The notes below the pieces were generated by a model. It was not told where the DNA came from, did not search any database, and saw only the letters and a list, made by a program, of their open reading frames with translations. Below are positions 1 to 9,569 of a stretch of DNA of 64,000 bases, piece by piece. This stretch comes from an uncultured Candidatus Rokubacteria bacterium. GTDB lineage: Bacteria; Methylomirabilota; Methylomirabilia; Rokubacteriales; CSP1-6. The position numbers were made by a program, and so were the translations under genes. The number at the start of each line of letters is the position of its first letter. Positions within the stretch are counted from its first letter, which is position 1. The stretch covers positions 1,856,001 to 1,920,000 of the forward strand of contig CAVYTA010000006.1 in NCBI GenBank assembly GCA_963771355.1. Reading direction: 5' to 3'.

Positions 1-308
1 GCCACCGAGCTGGAATTCGAGCCGGGCGCGTGCACCACCGCGATACCGAGATCGGAGGCGGCGGGCAGGTCCACGATGTCGAGCCCCACCCCGTGCCGGC
101 CGATCACCTTGAGATTGGGCAGGGCCGCCATGAGCGAGCGCGAGCAGAGCGGCTTGGAGCGGAAGAGGATGCCGGCCGCGTCCTTCGCCGCCGTCACCAT
201 GCCGGCCTCGGTCTCGGAATCGGAGACGAGGGTGACGCGCGCTTCCGCCTCCATCAGCTTGAGCCCATCGGGATGCAGGCCGCCGCCGACGACGATATGT
301 GGCTTCAT
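1..308 (-). CDS. D-isomer-specific 2-hydroxyacid dehydrogenase (phosphoglycerate dehydrogenase-like), 5' part, runs off window
   Basis: Manual translation MKPHIVVGGGLHPDG...LPNLKVIGRHGVGLDIVDL...VVHAPGSNSSSVA matches the family substrate-domain motif; AGGAG RBS upstream; not in the ORF track. Confidence 0.85.
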   Translation of the reverse strand, partial: MKPHIVVGGGLHPDGLKLMEAEARVTLVSDSETEAGMVTAAKDAAGILFRSKPLCSRSLMAALPNLKVIGRHGVGLDIVDLPAASDLGIAVVHAPGSNSSSV

Positions 309-377
309 GGGGTCTCCTGGAAGTTGAGCTTGCCGTGGAACACGAGCCGCATTATACCGGAACGGGAGGTTTCACAG

Positions 378-1364
378 ATGACGACGCTGGTCACGGGCGC
401 ATTCGGTTGCATCGGGTCGTGGGTAGTCAAGCGGCTGCTCGCCGGCGGCGAGACGCCGGTGGTCTACGACCTGGGCGACGACCCGTGGCGCATGCGCATG
501 CTGGTGGGTGCCGACGCGATCCGTGACGTAGTCATGGTACGCGGAGACATCGCGGACAAGGACGCGCTGATCCGCGTCATCGGCGAGCACAAGATCGACC
601 GGGTCATCCACCTCGCCGCCTGGCAGGTGCCGTTGTGCCGCCAGGATCCCGCCCGCGGCGCCCTCGTGAACGTGGTGGGCACCGCCAATGTCTTCGAGGC
701 GGTCAAGGCGCACCGCGACCGAGTTTCCCGGGTCGTCTACTTCTCCTCCGGGGCGGTATTCGGGCCGCCCGAGCACTACGGCCCCGGGCCGGTGACCGAC
801 GACTCGCCGCCGCGCCCCGCCACGCACTACGGTGTCTACAAGGTCGCCAACGAGGAGACCGCCCGCATCTACTGGGACGAGCACAAGATCCCCTCCATGG
901 GCTTCCGGCCGCTGTCGGTGTACGGGCCCGGCCGCGACTTCGGCCTCACCGCCGACCCCACGCTGGCCATGAAGGCCGCCGTGCTCGGCCGTCCCTATCA
1001 GGTCCGCTGGGGCGGCGCCACCGACCTCATCTATGCCGAGGATGTGGCGCAGGCCTGCCTGGCAGCATCCACTTCCACGCTGGATCGCGCGCGGGTGTAC
1101 AACCTGCACGGCGAGTCCGCAAAGATCGCCGACGTGGTGCGGATGATCGAGGAAGCGTGGCCGGCCGCCCGAGGCAAGCTCTCGCATGTGGAGCAGCCCA
1201 TCCCCTTCCCGGGCGCCCTCGACGACCCCGGGTATCAACGCGATCTCGGCCCGCGGCCGCGCACCGGCCTCCGCGACGGCATCCGCAAGACGCTCGACGA
1301 GTTCGCCGCCTTGCAGAAGGCCGGCCGGCTCGACGCGCGGGAGCTCGACCCGCCCAAGGCATGA
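378..1364 (+). CDS. NAD-dependent epimerase/dehydratase (extended SDR)
   Basis: MTTLVTGAFGCIG Rossmann motif, YGVYK catalytic YxxxK; GGAGG RBS. Confidence 0.85.
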   Translation: MTTLVTGAFGCIGSWVVKRLLAGGETPVVYDLGDDPWRMRMLVGADAIRDVVMVRGDIADKDALIRVIGEHKIDRVIHLAAWQVPLCRQDPARGALVNVVGTANVFEAVKAHRDRVSRVVYFSSGAVFGPPEHYGPGPVTDDSPPRPATHYGVYKVANEETARIYWDEHKIPSMGFRPLSVYGPGRDFGLTADPTLAMKAAVLGRPYQVRWGGATDLIYAEDVAQACLAASTSTLDRARVYNLHGESAKIADVVRMIEEAWPAARGKLSHVEQPIPFPGALDDPGYQRDLGPRPRTGLRDGIRKTLDEFAALQKAGRLDARELDPPKA

Positions 1365-1855
1365 CCGCGATCGCCATCCGCGCCGCCACCGACGCCGACG
1401 CGGGAGCCATCTGCCTCGTCTACAACCAGGGCATCGAGGACCGTATCGCCACGCTGGAAACCGAGCCGCGCACGCCCGAGGAGCGCCGGCAGTGGCTGGC
1501 CTCCCGCGGCCCGCGGCATCCGGTGTTCGTGGCCGAAGCGGAGGCGAGGGTGGTCGGCTGGAGCAGCCTCAACGTGTACAACCCGCGCCCGGCCTATCAG
1601 TACGTGGCCGACCTCTCCATCTATATCGAGCGCGGGTGGCGGGGAAAGGGCGTGGGACGCCGGCTCCTCGAGCACCTCATCGAGCAGGCGCGGGCCCTCG
1701 GCTACCACAAGATGATGCTCTCGGCCTTCCCCTTCAACGCCTCCGGGGTGGCCCTCTACGAGCGCATGGGCTTCACCCGGGCGGGCGTCTTCCACGAGAT
1801 GGGCCAGCTCGACGGCCGCTGGGTGGACACCCTGATCATGGAGAAGCTGCTCTAG
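1361..1855 (+). CDS. GNAT N-acetyltransferase, phosphinothricin/arsinothricin (ArsN1-like) family
   Basis: YNQGIEDRIATLET, RGKGVG acetyl-CoA motif, GRWVDT C-terminus; ATGA overlap with upstream stop. Confidence 0.8.
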   Translation: MTAIAIRAATDADAGAICLVYNQGIEDRIATLETEPRTPEERRQWLASRGPRHPVFVAEAEARVVGWSSLNVYNPRPAYQYVADLSIYIERGWRGKGVGRRLLEHLIEQARALGYHKMMLSAFPFNASGVALYERMGFTRAGVFHEMGQLDGRWVDTLIMEKLL

Positions 1856-2328
1856 AACGGTCGCTCGCGCGTATGGTCCGGTGGAGTCCCCAGGGCGCAG
1901 AGCGCCTCGATGATCAGGTCCGCGGTGGCGAGATTGGTGGCCACCGGCACGTTGTGGACATTGCACACGCGCAGGAGCGCGCGGATGTCGGGCTCATGGG
2001 GCTGGGCGCTCAGCGGATCCACGAAGAAGAACACGCCGCCGACCACCCCGGTGGCGACCAGCGCCGCGATTTGCGCGTCACCGCCCTGAGGGCCGCTGAG
2101 AAGCGCCTGCACCGGCAGCCCGACCTTCGAATGGACCAGCTGGGCGGTGTGTCCGGTGGCCACGAGGTCGAACAGGGACAGCGCGGCCCGATTGAAGGTG
2201 GCCCAGGCCACCAGGTCGACCTTCTTGTTGTCGTGGGCGATCAGGGCGAGGGTGTGCAGGCGGCCGCCGCGGCCGACGCTGCGCGCCGATTCCCGGGACC
2301 GATGATCCACGGAGCCCCGGCCCATCAT
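1852..2328 (-). CDS. mgsA: Methylglyoxal synthase
   Basis: LALIAHDNKK, ATGHT, SGPQGGDAQI, FFVDPLSAQPHEPDI, ATNLATAD motifs; exact start uncertain. Confidence 0.9.
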   Translation of the reverse strand: MMGRGSVDHRSRESARSVGRGGRLHTLALIAHDNKKVDLVAWATFNRAALSLFDLVATGHTAQLVHSKVGLPVQALLSGPQGGDAQIAALVATGVVGGVFFFVDPLSAQPHEPDIRALLRVCNVHNVPVATNLATADLIIEALCALGTPPDHTRERPF

Positions 2329-2915
2329 CGCGGGCGGAACTCCACGGACACCACCCCTTCCTCGAGCTTGCGCTCCGTGATCTCGGTGCGGCGGGCCAGC
2401 AACCCGAGCATGCGGCGGTTGTCCGCGAGCACGAAGGCGCGGAACTGCCTCACGCCGCGCGCCACCGCCGCCCGCAGCACCGCGTCCAGCAGGATGGTGC
2501 CGAGCCCCCGCCCTTGCCACGCGTCCTGCACCACGAAGGCGACTTCCACCGACGAGGGCACGCCCGCGGGCGCCCCGTCGGGCGTGTCGGCCGGCTCGTA
2601 GCGGCCCACTCCGACGAGCTCGGAGCCGGCCGGCCCGACCAGCTCTGCCACGATGGCGAGACGCTGCCGATAGTCCACGTTGGCGAAGACTTTCGCGTAG
2701 GCCGGCGGCAACCGATTGAGCACGGAGAAGAACCGCTGGTAGGCGGTGTGCCGGCTCAGCCGGTCGAAGAGCGCGACGAGCCCCGGCGCATCGTCGGGGC
2801 GGATGGGCCGGAGGTGTATGACGGTCCCGTCCTTCAACGTCGCGTCGCCCTCGAGCTCCTTCGGATACTCCGCAGGCAGGGTCACGGTCGCGGTACCCGG
2901 CCGTTCCTCGGTCAT
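2325..2915 (-). CDS. GNAT N-acetyltransferase (resembles GNAT domain of Pat-type protein acetyltransferases)
   Basis: LRPIRPDD, YQRFFS, VDYRQRLA, EVAFVVQDAWQGRGLG. Confidence 0.8.
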   Translation of the reverse strand: MTEERPGTATVTLPAEYPKELEGDATLKDGTVIHLRPIRPDDAPGLVALFDRLSRHTAYQRFFSVLNRLPPAYAKVFANVDYRQRLAIVAELVGPAGSELVGVGRYEPADTPDGAPAGVPSSVEVAFVVQDAWQGRGLGTILLDAVLRAAVARGVRQFRAFVLADNRRMLGLLARRTEITERKLEEGVVSVEFRPR

Positions 2916-3050
2916 CGGCTCACCCTCCTCTCTTTCGACGTTCTGCGTAGGATCGGGGATGCCAGAGGAGAGAAACGGCCAAGTGGCCAGAATCGCCGAC
3001 CCGGAAAGAGACCTCCGGCCTTCGTGGTGCTCGTTGGGTAGGCGGCTGCC

Positions 3051-3896
3051 TTACTTGATGGCGCCGTGGGTAAGGCCGGACACGTAGTAGTCGAGAAAGA
3101 AGACGTACAGGATGACGATGGGCACCGAGCCCAGCACCGCGCCCGCCATGAGCGAGCCCCAGAAGTAGATGTCACCGCGAATCAGCTCCGTGGTGACGCC
3201 CACGCTGGCGGTGATCTGCTCCGAGGAGGAGGTGAAGGTGAGCGCGTAGATGAACTCGTTCCACGACAGCGTGAAGGCAAACAGCGCCGCGCACACGAGC
3301 CCGGGCACCGCGATGGGCAGGACGATGCGCCAGAGCGCCTGGATCCGGGTGGCGCCGTCCACCATGGCGCACTCCTCGATCTCCTTGGGGACGGTGCGGA
3401 AGTAGCCGATGAGCAGCCAGGTGCAGAACGGAACCAGGAAGGTGGGGTACGTGAGCACGAGCGCCCACTTTGAATCACCCAGCCCCACCCAGTTGATGAT
3501 CTGGGCCAGCGGCAAGAAGAGCAGCGACGTGGGCACGAGGTAGGTGACGAATATGACCGTGCCCAGGGCGGCCACCCCGGCGAACTTCAGCCGCGCGAGC
3601 GCGTAGGCCGCCACGGTACCGAGGACGACCGACACCACGGTGGACAGACCGGACACGAGCAGACTGTTCATGGTCCAGGTGATGAACTCGGTGTCCCAGA
3701 GGAGCTTGCTGTAGTGCTCGAGCGTGGGCCCCTGCTTGATGATGAGGGGCACCGCGTGGCGGTCGTAGAGCTCGCGGTCCTGCTTCAGCGAGGTGAGCGT
3801 CATGTGATAGAAGGGAAACAGCGCGAAGACGAGAAACGGCAAAAGCAGCAAGTGCTTCCCGACTTTACTCATGAACGGTCGGCGGGCCACCGTCAT
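3051..3896 (-). CDS. Carbohydrate ABC transporter permease (MalG-like)
   Basis: Multiple TM segments, EAA-type loop EIEECAMVDGAT, SWNEF. Confidence 0.9.
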   Translation of the reverse strand: MTVARRPFMSKVGKHLLLLPFLVFALFPFYHMTLTSLKQDRELYDRHAVPLIIKQGPTLEHYSKLLWDTEFITWTMNSLLVSGLSTVVSVVLGTVAAYALARLKFAGVAALGTVIFVTYLVPTSLLFLPLAQIINWVGLGDSKWALVLTYPTFLVPFCTWLLIGYFRTVPKEIEECAMVDGATRIQALWRIVLPIAVPGLVCAALFAFTLSWNEFIYALTFTSSSEQITASVGVTTELIRGDIYFWGSLMAGAVLGSVPIVILYVFFLDYYVSGLTHGAIK

Positions 3897-3899
3897 GCG

Positions 3900-4841
3900 C
3901 TAGTACACCTGCTTCCGCACGAAGCGGAGCTGGGCCCAGACCACGAAGACCAGCAGGGGGAAGAGGTAGAGCGAGATCGCGGCGCCCTCGCCGATTCGTC
4001 CGGTGTCGATGCCGATCATGCGCGACAGCGTGGCGAAGAGGTGGGTGGAGTTGATGGGCCCACCGTGGGTGAGCACGTAGACGATGTTGAAGTCGCTGAA
4101 GGTGAAGATGGTGGAGAAGAGCACCACCACCGCGAGCACGGGCTTGAGCAGCGGCAGCGTGATGTGCCAGAAGCGGGCATTGGCGCCGGCGCCATCCGCC
4201 TCGGCCGCCTCGTAGAGCTCTTTCGGGATGGCAACGAGACCGGCGAGGATGGTGATGGCGAAGAACGGCAGACCTCGCCAGATGTTGACGGTGATGACCG
4301 CGGCCATGGCGTAATACCGCTGGCCGAGCCAGTTCGGGCCGGGCGGATCCATGAGTCCGGTGGCGATACCAGTCCAGTTCACCACGCTGTAGAGCGAGTT
4401 GAACATCCACCACCAGCCCAGCGTGCTGAGCGCGGTGGGAATCACCCACGGCAGGAGCACCGCGCCGCGGATGAGTCGCTTCAGCCAGAGCTGCTCGTTG
4501 AGGAGGAGCGCCAGGCAGATTCCCAGCACCACCTTGAAGACCACCGCGATCCCGGTGAAGACGAACGCGTTCTGGAAGGTCTGGCGGAAGGCATCGCTGT
4601 CCCAGAGCTTCACGAAGTTGCGGAATCCGATGAACTCGCTCGGCCGGCCGATGAACGCGTTGGACATCGAGAAGTAAAGTGCCACCACGAAGGGATAGGC
4701 GACGAGCAGGAGCAGGAGGAGCAGGGTCGGCGTGACGAAGACCGGCCCCAGGACGTCCTCGCGGTCGAGCAATCCCCTCACCCGGGCGACCAGCCCCGGG
4801 CGTCCGCGTGGTACCTGAATCTCCTCCGCTCTGACCGCCAT
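3900..4841 (-). CDS. Carbohydrate ABC transporter permease (MalF-like)
   Basis: ELYEAAEADGA EAA motif, ITLPLLKP, TM segments. Confidence 0.9.
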   Translation of the reverse strand: MAVRAEEIQVPRGRPGLVARVRGLLDREDVLGPVFVTPTLLLLLLLVAYPFVVALYFSMSNAFIGRPSEFIGFRNFVKLWDSDAFRQTFQNAFVFTGIAVVFKVVLGICLALLLNEQLWLKRLIRGAVLLPWVIPTALSTLGWWWMFNSLYSVVNWTGIATGLMDPPGPNWLGQRYYAMAAVITVNIWRGLPFFAITILAGLVAIPKELYEAAEADGAGANARFWHITLPLLKPVLAVVVLFSTIFTFSDFNIVYVLTHGGPINSTHLFATLSRMIGIDTGRIGEGAAISLYLFPLLVFVVWAQLRFVRKQVY

Positions 4842-4862
4842 GCGCTACCCTGACCTCTTTTT

Positions 4863-4898
4863 CATATCCGTTCGGCTCGCCTTCGGCTGCGCCTCACC
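4863..4898. repeat. REP-like intergenic repeat (family A, ctcgccttcggctgcgcctc)
   Basis: Near-identical to the two copies at 7425-7524. Confidence 0.65.
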
Positions 4899-4906
4899 CT
4901 GCGCGG

Positions 4907-6184
4907 TTAGCCGGCCAGAATCTTCTTCATCTCGTTCTCAGCCCAGGCGATGGCGTCCTTGGTCGGGGTGCCGGTGACCGCCTTGGCGATCATGTTGGGC
5001 AGGAGATAGGTATTGGTGATGAGCTGCACCTTGTCCGAGGGCGGGGCCGGCCAGCCGTAGGTGTGGTACTGCACGCCCTCGCCCTTGAGCGCGGCGTACT
5101 TAGGATCGGTCCGGAGCACCGGATGATCCTGAAGCTTCTCGTAGACAGGCAGATTGAAGGCGTCCCCGGCCATGATGTACTCATCGTAGTTCTCGCGCTT
5201 GCCGAGGAGGTACCGGATCCACTCCTTGGCGGGGTCGATGTTCTTGGAGAACTTCCAGATGCCGATGTGGCGCGGCGTGTCCGTCTCGTGGCGCCCCTGA
5301 GGGCCGCCCAGGCTCCGGTGGTGGTTGATCCCGTCGGCGGTCACGAGCTTGCGCTGCTTGGCGACGATGTAGGCGGACACCGGGTTGTGGACCCATCCCG
5401 CCTTGCCCTGCTGGATCGACTCGTTGTTGCTCGAGTCCGACCAGGACAGCACCTCGGGCTCCATGCAGTCCTTGAACATCTTCTGGTACCACTCGATGGT
5501 CTGCACGGTGGCGGGCGAGTTGATGCGCACGGTCTTGCCGTCCTTGTCCACCTCCATGCCTCCGAATGACCAGAGCACGGGCCCGGCGGTGGAGATCGAA
5601 TCGTAGTTCTGCGAGATGGGGATGCCCACCGGGTTCCCCATCTTCTTGAGCTCCTTGCCTGCCGTGTAGAGATCCTCCCAGGTGTCCGGCACCTTGAGGC
5701 TCGCCTTCTTGAAGAGATCTTCCCGGTAGGTCGCCACGAACATGCCGTGGTACTGAGGCACCGCCCGCCACACGCCTTTGACGTGCGCCCCCTCGTACGA
5801 GGAGGCGATGGCCTTCCCATACTGCTTCTCCAGCCCCGTCACCACGTCGGAGACGTCCGCGAGCTGGGGCTCGTAGAGCCACGGGAAATGCATGCGCATC
5901 TCCACGAGATCGTGGCCGGCTTGCGTCTGCACCTCGGCCGCGTACTTGGCCTGCTGCGGGCCCATGTGGGAGATGTGGTCGATCTTGAGCTTGATGCCGG
6001 TGTCCTTGGTGAAGCGCTGCCCGATCTCCGCCATCTTCTTGTCCGAGGCGGGGGCGAAGTTGTTCCAGCAGAGATAGGAGATCTCTCGCTGCTGGCCCCG
6101 TGCGGGCGGGACGCGGGCGGCGAGGATGCCGGCGAGGCCGGCGGTGCTCCCAATGACGAAACGGCGGCGGCTGACAGGCTCCAT
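4907..6184 (-). CDS. Carbohydrate ABC extracellular solute-binding protein with Tat signal
   Basis: MEPVSRRRF twin-arginine signal, PDTWEDLY, AAGGAGG RBS; upstream of two permeases. Confidence 0.85.
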   Translation of the reverse strand: MEPVSRRRFVIGSTAGLAGILAARVPPARGQQREISYLCWNNFAPASDKKMAEIGQRFTKDTGIKLKIDHISHMGPQQAKYAAEVQTQAGHDLVEMRMHFPWLYEPQLADVSDVVTGLEKQYGKAIASSYEGAHVKGVWRAVPQYHGMFVATYREDLFKKASLKVPDTWEDLYTAGKELKKMGNPVGIPISQNYDSISTAGPVLWSFGGMEVDKDGKTVRINSPATVQTIEWYQKMFKDCMEPEVLSWSDSSNNESIQQGKAGWVHNPVSAYIVAKQRKLVTADGINHHRSLGGPQGRHETDTPRHIGIWKFSKNIDPAKEWIRYLLGKRENYDEYIMAGDAFNLPVYEKLQDHPVLRTDPKYAALKGEGVQYHTYGWPAPPSDKVQLITNTYLLPNMIAKAVTGTPTKDAIAWAENEMKKILAG

Positions 6185-6415
6185 GAACGCCTCCTTGTGT
6201 GGGAAACGGGGCGCGGACGGGACGGAGCGGACGGGCTTCAGCATCGGCCACCGGCGGGGCCGGAGTTGGCAGCGGGGAGCGGTCTCGGGATACCGAATCG
6301 AGGCATGCTCGCCTCCCAGGACAGCGGCACAGCAAACCGGGCGCGCACAACGCGCGCTGAGTTGAAGCGACTTTACGGGCTCACCCCTCACGTGTCAAGG
6401 CGCCCGTCTGCCAGC

Positions 6416-6444
6416 TTGACCGGCCGCGGCGGGGGTCGTACTGT
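6416..6444 (+). promoter_or_regulatory. Sigma70-type promoter, probably leaderless transcript
   Basis: TTGACC-17bp-TACTGT, ATG 6 nt later, no SD. Confidence 0.6.
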
Positions 6445-6450
6445 CAGCCC

Positions 6451-7416
6451 ATGACGACTTCACGGGCGGCGGCGGCACGGACGGTCTCCTCGCGGCTTGA
6501 TACCCTGTGGGACTTCGACTACGAGCCCACCCACGCCGAGCTCGAATCGCTCTACGAGACGGCCAAGAAGAACCAGTGGAACGGGAGCATCGATCTGGAC
6601 TGGAGCCGTCCCATCGGCCAGGAAGGGCCAGTCCTCAACACCCATCTGGCCTTCTTGGGCACCGAGTTCTTCCCGCGCCTGTCCTCCGAGGAGCAGAAGG
6701 AGGTGGAGATCCGCGTATCGGCCTGGCGGCTCTCCCAGTTCCTCCACGGCGAGCAGGGCGCCCTCCTGGTGGCGAGCCAGCTCGTCAACCCTCTTCCCGA
6801 GCTGGACTGCAAGCTCTACGCGTCCACCCAGGTGGTGGACGAGGGGCGGCACGTGGAGGTGTTCGAGAGGTACGTGAAGAAGCTTCACAAGATCTATCCG
6901 GTGGATCCCCTCTTGAAGGGGCTCATCGACGAGATCCTCACCTCGGAGCACTGGGAGCTGAAGCTCCTCGGCATGCAGATGCTCATCGAGGGGCTGGCCA
7001 TCGCCGCCTTCAACGTCATGCACAAGCAAACGGGAGATCCCACCCTCGCCCAGCTCCTGGACTACGTGCTGCAGGACGAGGGCCGCCATGTGAACTTCGG
7101 CTACTTCGCGCTGAAGCGCGCCCTGCCCGACATGGACGGCGCCAAGCACGAGCTGCTGGAGGACTTCGCCCTGCGCGCCTGCGACTCGATGTTCGCCCGC
7201 GACGAGCGGACGGGCTTTCAGTCCATCCGGGGCGTCTGGAAGGAGATGGGCTGGGACGCCGATGCCATCTGGCGGGACACCATGACCAACTCGCAGACCG
7301 CCAAGGCCTTCAACCGCTTCCTCTTCACCGAGGTGCTGATCCCGCGCCTCAAGCGCCTCGGCCTCATCAGCTCCCGCGTCGAGACCCGCTACCGGGAGAT
7401 CGGTCTCCTCGACTAG
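6451..7416 (+). CDS. Ferritin-like di-iron protein (AurF/desaturase-like superfamily)
   Basis: SQFLHGEQGAL, two DEGRH (ExxH) motifs and LIEG ligand. Confidence 0.8.
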   Translation: MTTSRAAAARTVSSRLDTLWDFDYEPTHAELESLYETAKKNQWNGSIDLDWSRPIGQEGPVLNTHLAFLGTEFFPRLSSEEQKEVEIRVSAWRLSQFLHGEQGALLVASQLVNPLPELDCKLYASTQVVDEGRHVEVFERYVKKLHKIYPVDPLLKGLIDEILTSEHWELKLLGMQMLIEGLAIAAFNVMHKQTGDPTLAQLLDYVLQDEGRHVNFGYFALKRALPDMDGAKHELLEDFALRACDSMFARDERTGFQSIRGVWKEMGWDADAIWRDTMTNSQTAKAFNRFLFTEVLIPRLKRLGLISSRVETRYREIGLLD

Positions 7417-7424
7417 CCGGTCCA

Positions 7425-7524
7425 CATACCCCGCTCGTCTCGCCTGCGGCTGCGCCTCGCCCCCCTCGCTCCGCTCGGGAACCATCTCCATATTCGCTCG
7501 TCTCGCCTTCGGCTGCGCCTCGCC
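7425..7524. repeat. Two tandem REP-like repeats (family A) between convergent genes
   Basis: cgctcgtctcgcct(g/t)cggctgcgcctcgcc occurs twice. Confidence 0.7.
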
Positions 7525-7533
7525 AAGCAGCGA

Positions 7534-7629
7534 CTAGGACGCGTAGAGGCGGAGTACCCCGTAGGCGAGGGTCCCCAGCACCAGCGCGCCCGCGATCAGG
7601 GTCAGCGCCACCTGCTGGGCCCGGCTCAT
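7534..7629 (-). CDS. Small 31-aa single-TM protein
   Basis: MSRAQQVALTLIAGALVLGTLAYGVLRLYAS; ATGA overlap with TRAP permease stop. Confidence 0.55.
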   Translation of the reverse strand: MSRAQQVALTLIAGALVLGTLAYGVLRLYAS

Positions 7630-9560
7630 CGCGCGGCTCCGATCAGGCCCTCGGGAGAGACATCGGGGCGCCGGAGCTTCTGCGAGGCGATCGCGATCGC
7701 GATCAACCCCAGCCCGAGCAGATCCGTGAGCAGGCGGGGATCGATGAGCAGGAGCGCCGCGGCCACGAAGAGCGCCCGCTCCAGCCAGGTCGCGCGCCGG
7801 AAGAGGTAGCCCTCCAGTCCCGCGGCGAGGAAGACCACGCCGACGCCCCCGCTCACCACGGCCTGGGTGATCTCGCCCCAGGAGCCCTGGAACAGCAGCG
7901 CCGGGTAGTAGACGAAGAAGAACGGCACGATGAAGCCCGCGGCGGCGAACCGCATGGCGTGCCAACCCGCCGCCCACACGCTGCAGCGGCTGATGGAGGC
8001 CGCCGCGTACACGGCCAGACACTCCGGCGGTGTCACCGCGGAGAGGCACCCGAAGTAGAACGCGAACATGTGGGCGGCCAGCGGCGGGACGCCCAGCTTG
8101 ATGAGGGCCGGGATGAGCAGCGCGGCCAGCATGATGTAGGCGGGGGTGGTGGGCAGCGCGGTACCGAGGATGATCGCCGCGAGCATGGTGATCACCAGCG
8201 CGAGGAACAGCGAGCCGCCCGCGAAATCCACCAGGAAGCTCGTGAAGCGGATGGCCAGGCCGGTCTGGAGGATGACCCCGATCATGATGCCGGCGGTGGC
8301 GGTGGCCATGGCCACCGGGACGGTCTGCTGCGCGCCGTCGCGGAACGCCTGGAGCGCCCTGCGCAAGGTGATGCGCGACTCCGCCCGGAACCAGGACACC
8401 ACCACCACCGAGGCGGTAGAGATGATGGCGGCGTAGGTGGCGGTGTAGCCCAGGAGCAAGAGCCAGAAGATCACCAGCACCGGCACCAGGAGATGCCCCT
8501 GGCGGCGCATGATCACGCCCATCTTCGGCAGCTCCGCCTTCGGGATCCCCTTGAGCCCGTTCCGCCCCGCGTTGAAGTGGATGGCCGCGAAGAGAGTCCC
8601 GTAGTAGAAGATCGCCGGGATCGCCGCCGCCAGCATGATGTGGGAGTAGGGGACGCCGAGGAACTCGGCCATCACGAACGAGGCCGCCCCCATCACCGGC
8701 GGCATGATCTGCCCGCCGGTGGACGCCACCGCCTCGATGGCCGCCGCCGCCTCCGGCTTGAAGCCGGTGCGCTTCATCATGGGAATGGTGAGCCAGCCGT
8801 CTACCATGACGTTCGCCACCGCGGAGCCGGAGATGGTCCCGAACATGCTCGAGGACACCACCGAGACCTTGCCGGGCCCCCCGCGCTGGCCGCCCGCGAT
8901 GGAGTTGGCGAAGTTCATGAAGAACTGCCCCGCGCCCGATTGCTCGAGGAAGGCGCCGAAGATGATGAACAGGATCACGTAGGAGGCGGCCACCCCCAGC
9001 GGAATCCCGAACAGACCCTCGGTGGTGAAGAACGTCTGGTCGATGAGGATCTCGTAGGTGAGCCCCTTGTGCCGGAGGGGCCCGGGCAGCCAGGGCCCGC
9101 CCAGCGCATAGGCGATGAAGAGCAAGGCCAGGATGGGCAGGGCGATTCCGAGCGTGCGCCGGGTGGCCTCCAGCACGAGGAGCACGGTGACGGTGCCCAC
9201 CACGATGTCCATGACGGCCAGCGGATGCGCGGTGGGAAAGCGCTGGGTGATGTAGTCGTAGTAGACGAACACGTAGGCGAGGCAGGCGAGGGACAGCGCG
9301 GCGAGCCCCAGGTCGATCCACGGGATGGTGGTGGGCGCGTCATCCTGGGGTCCCAGCCGCGTGCCGTCCTCGTCGAGCGGGGCGGACGTCTTGAACGGGA
9401 AGAGCAGGAACGCGAGAACGAGGCAGAACGCCAGCGCGATGATCCTGAGGACGAGGCCGTCGGGCGCGGCGGGGGTGAGGCGCGCATAGACGAAGTAGAG
9501 GGACATGACGACCCCCACCACGCCCACCACGAGCGCCGCGTAGCCGGCGAGCTTGCGCAC
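7626..9560 (-). CDS. TRAP transporter fused 4TM/12TM permease (TAXI type)
   Basis: GGPGKVSV, GSAVANV, STGGQIMPPVMGAASF, AVTPP motifs. Confidence 0.95.
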   Translation of the reverse strand: MRKLAGYAALVVGVVGVVMSLYFVYARLTPAAPDGLVLRIIALAFCLVLAFLLFPFKTSAPLDEDGTRLGPQDDAPTTIPWIDLGLAALSLACLAYVFVYYDYITQRFPTAHPLAVMDIVVGTVTVLLVLEATRRTLGIALPILALLFIAYALGGPWLPGPLRHKGLTYEILIDQTFFTTEGLFGIPLGVAASYVILFIIFGAFLEQSGAGQFFMNFANSIAGGQRGGPGKVSVVSSSMFGTISGSAVANVMVDGWLTIPMMKRTGFKPEAAAAIEAVASTGGQIMPPVMGAASFVMAEFLGVPYSHIMLAAAIPAIFYYGTLFAAIHFNAGRNGLKGIPKAELPKMGVIMRRQGHLLVPVLVIFWLLLLGYTATYAAIISTASVVVVSWFRAESRITLRRALQAFRDGAQQTVPVAMATATAGIMIGVILQTGLAIRFTSFLVDFAGGSLFLALVITMLAAIILGTALPTTPAYIMLAALLIPALIKLGVPPLAAHMFAFYFGCLSAVTPPECLAVYAAASISRCSVWAAGWHAMRFAAAGFIVPFFFVYYPALLFQGSWGEITQAVVSGGVGVVFLAAGLEGYLFRRATWLERALFVAAALLLIDPRLLTDLLGLGLIAIAIASQKLRRPDVSPEGLIGAAR

Positions 9561-9569
9561 GAGCGGCGG

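Noticed and set aside
1361..1855. Arsenic/arsinothricin resistance operon
   Set aside because: No ars genes nearby; only family-level similarity
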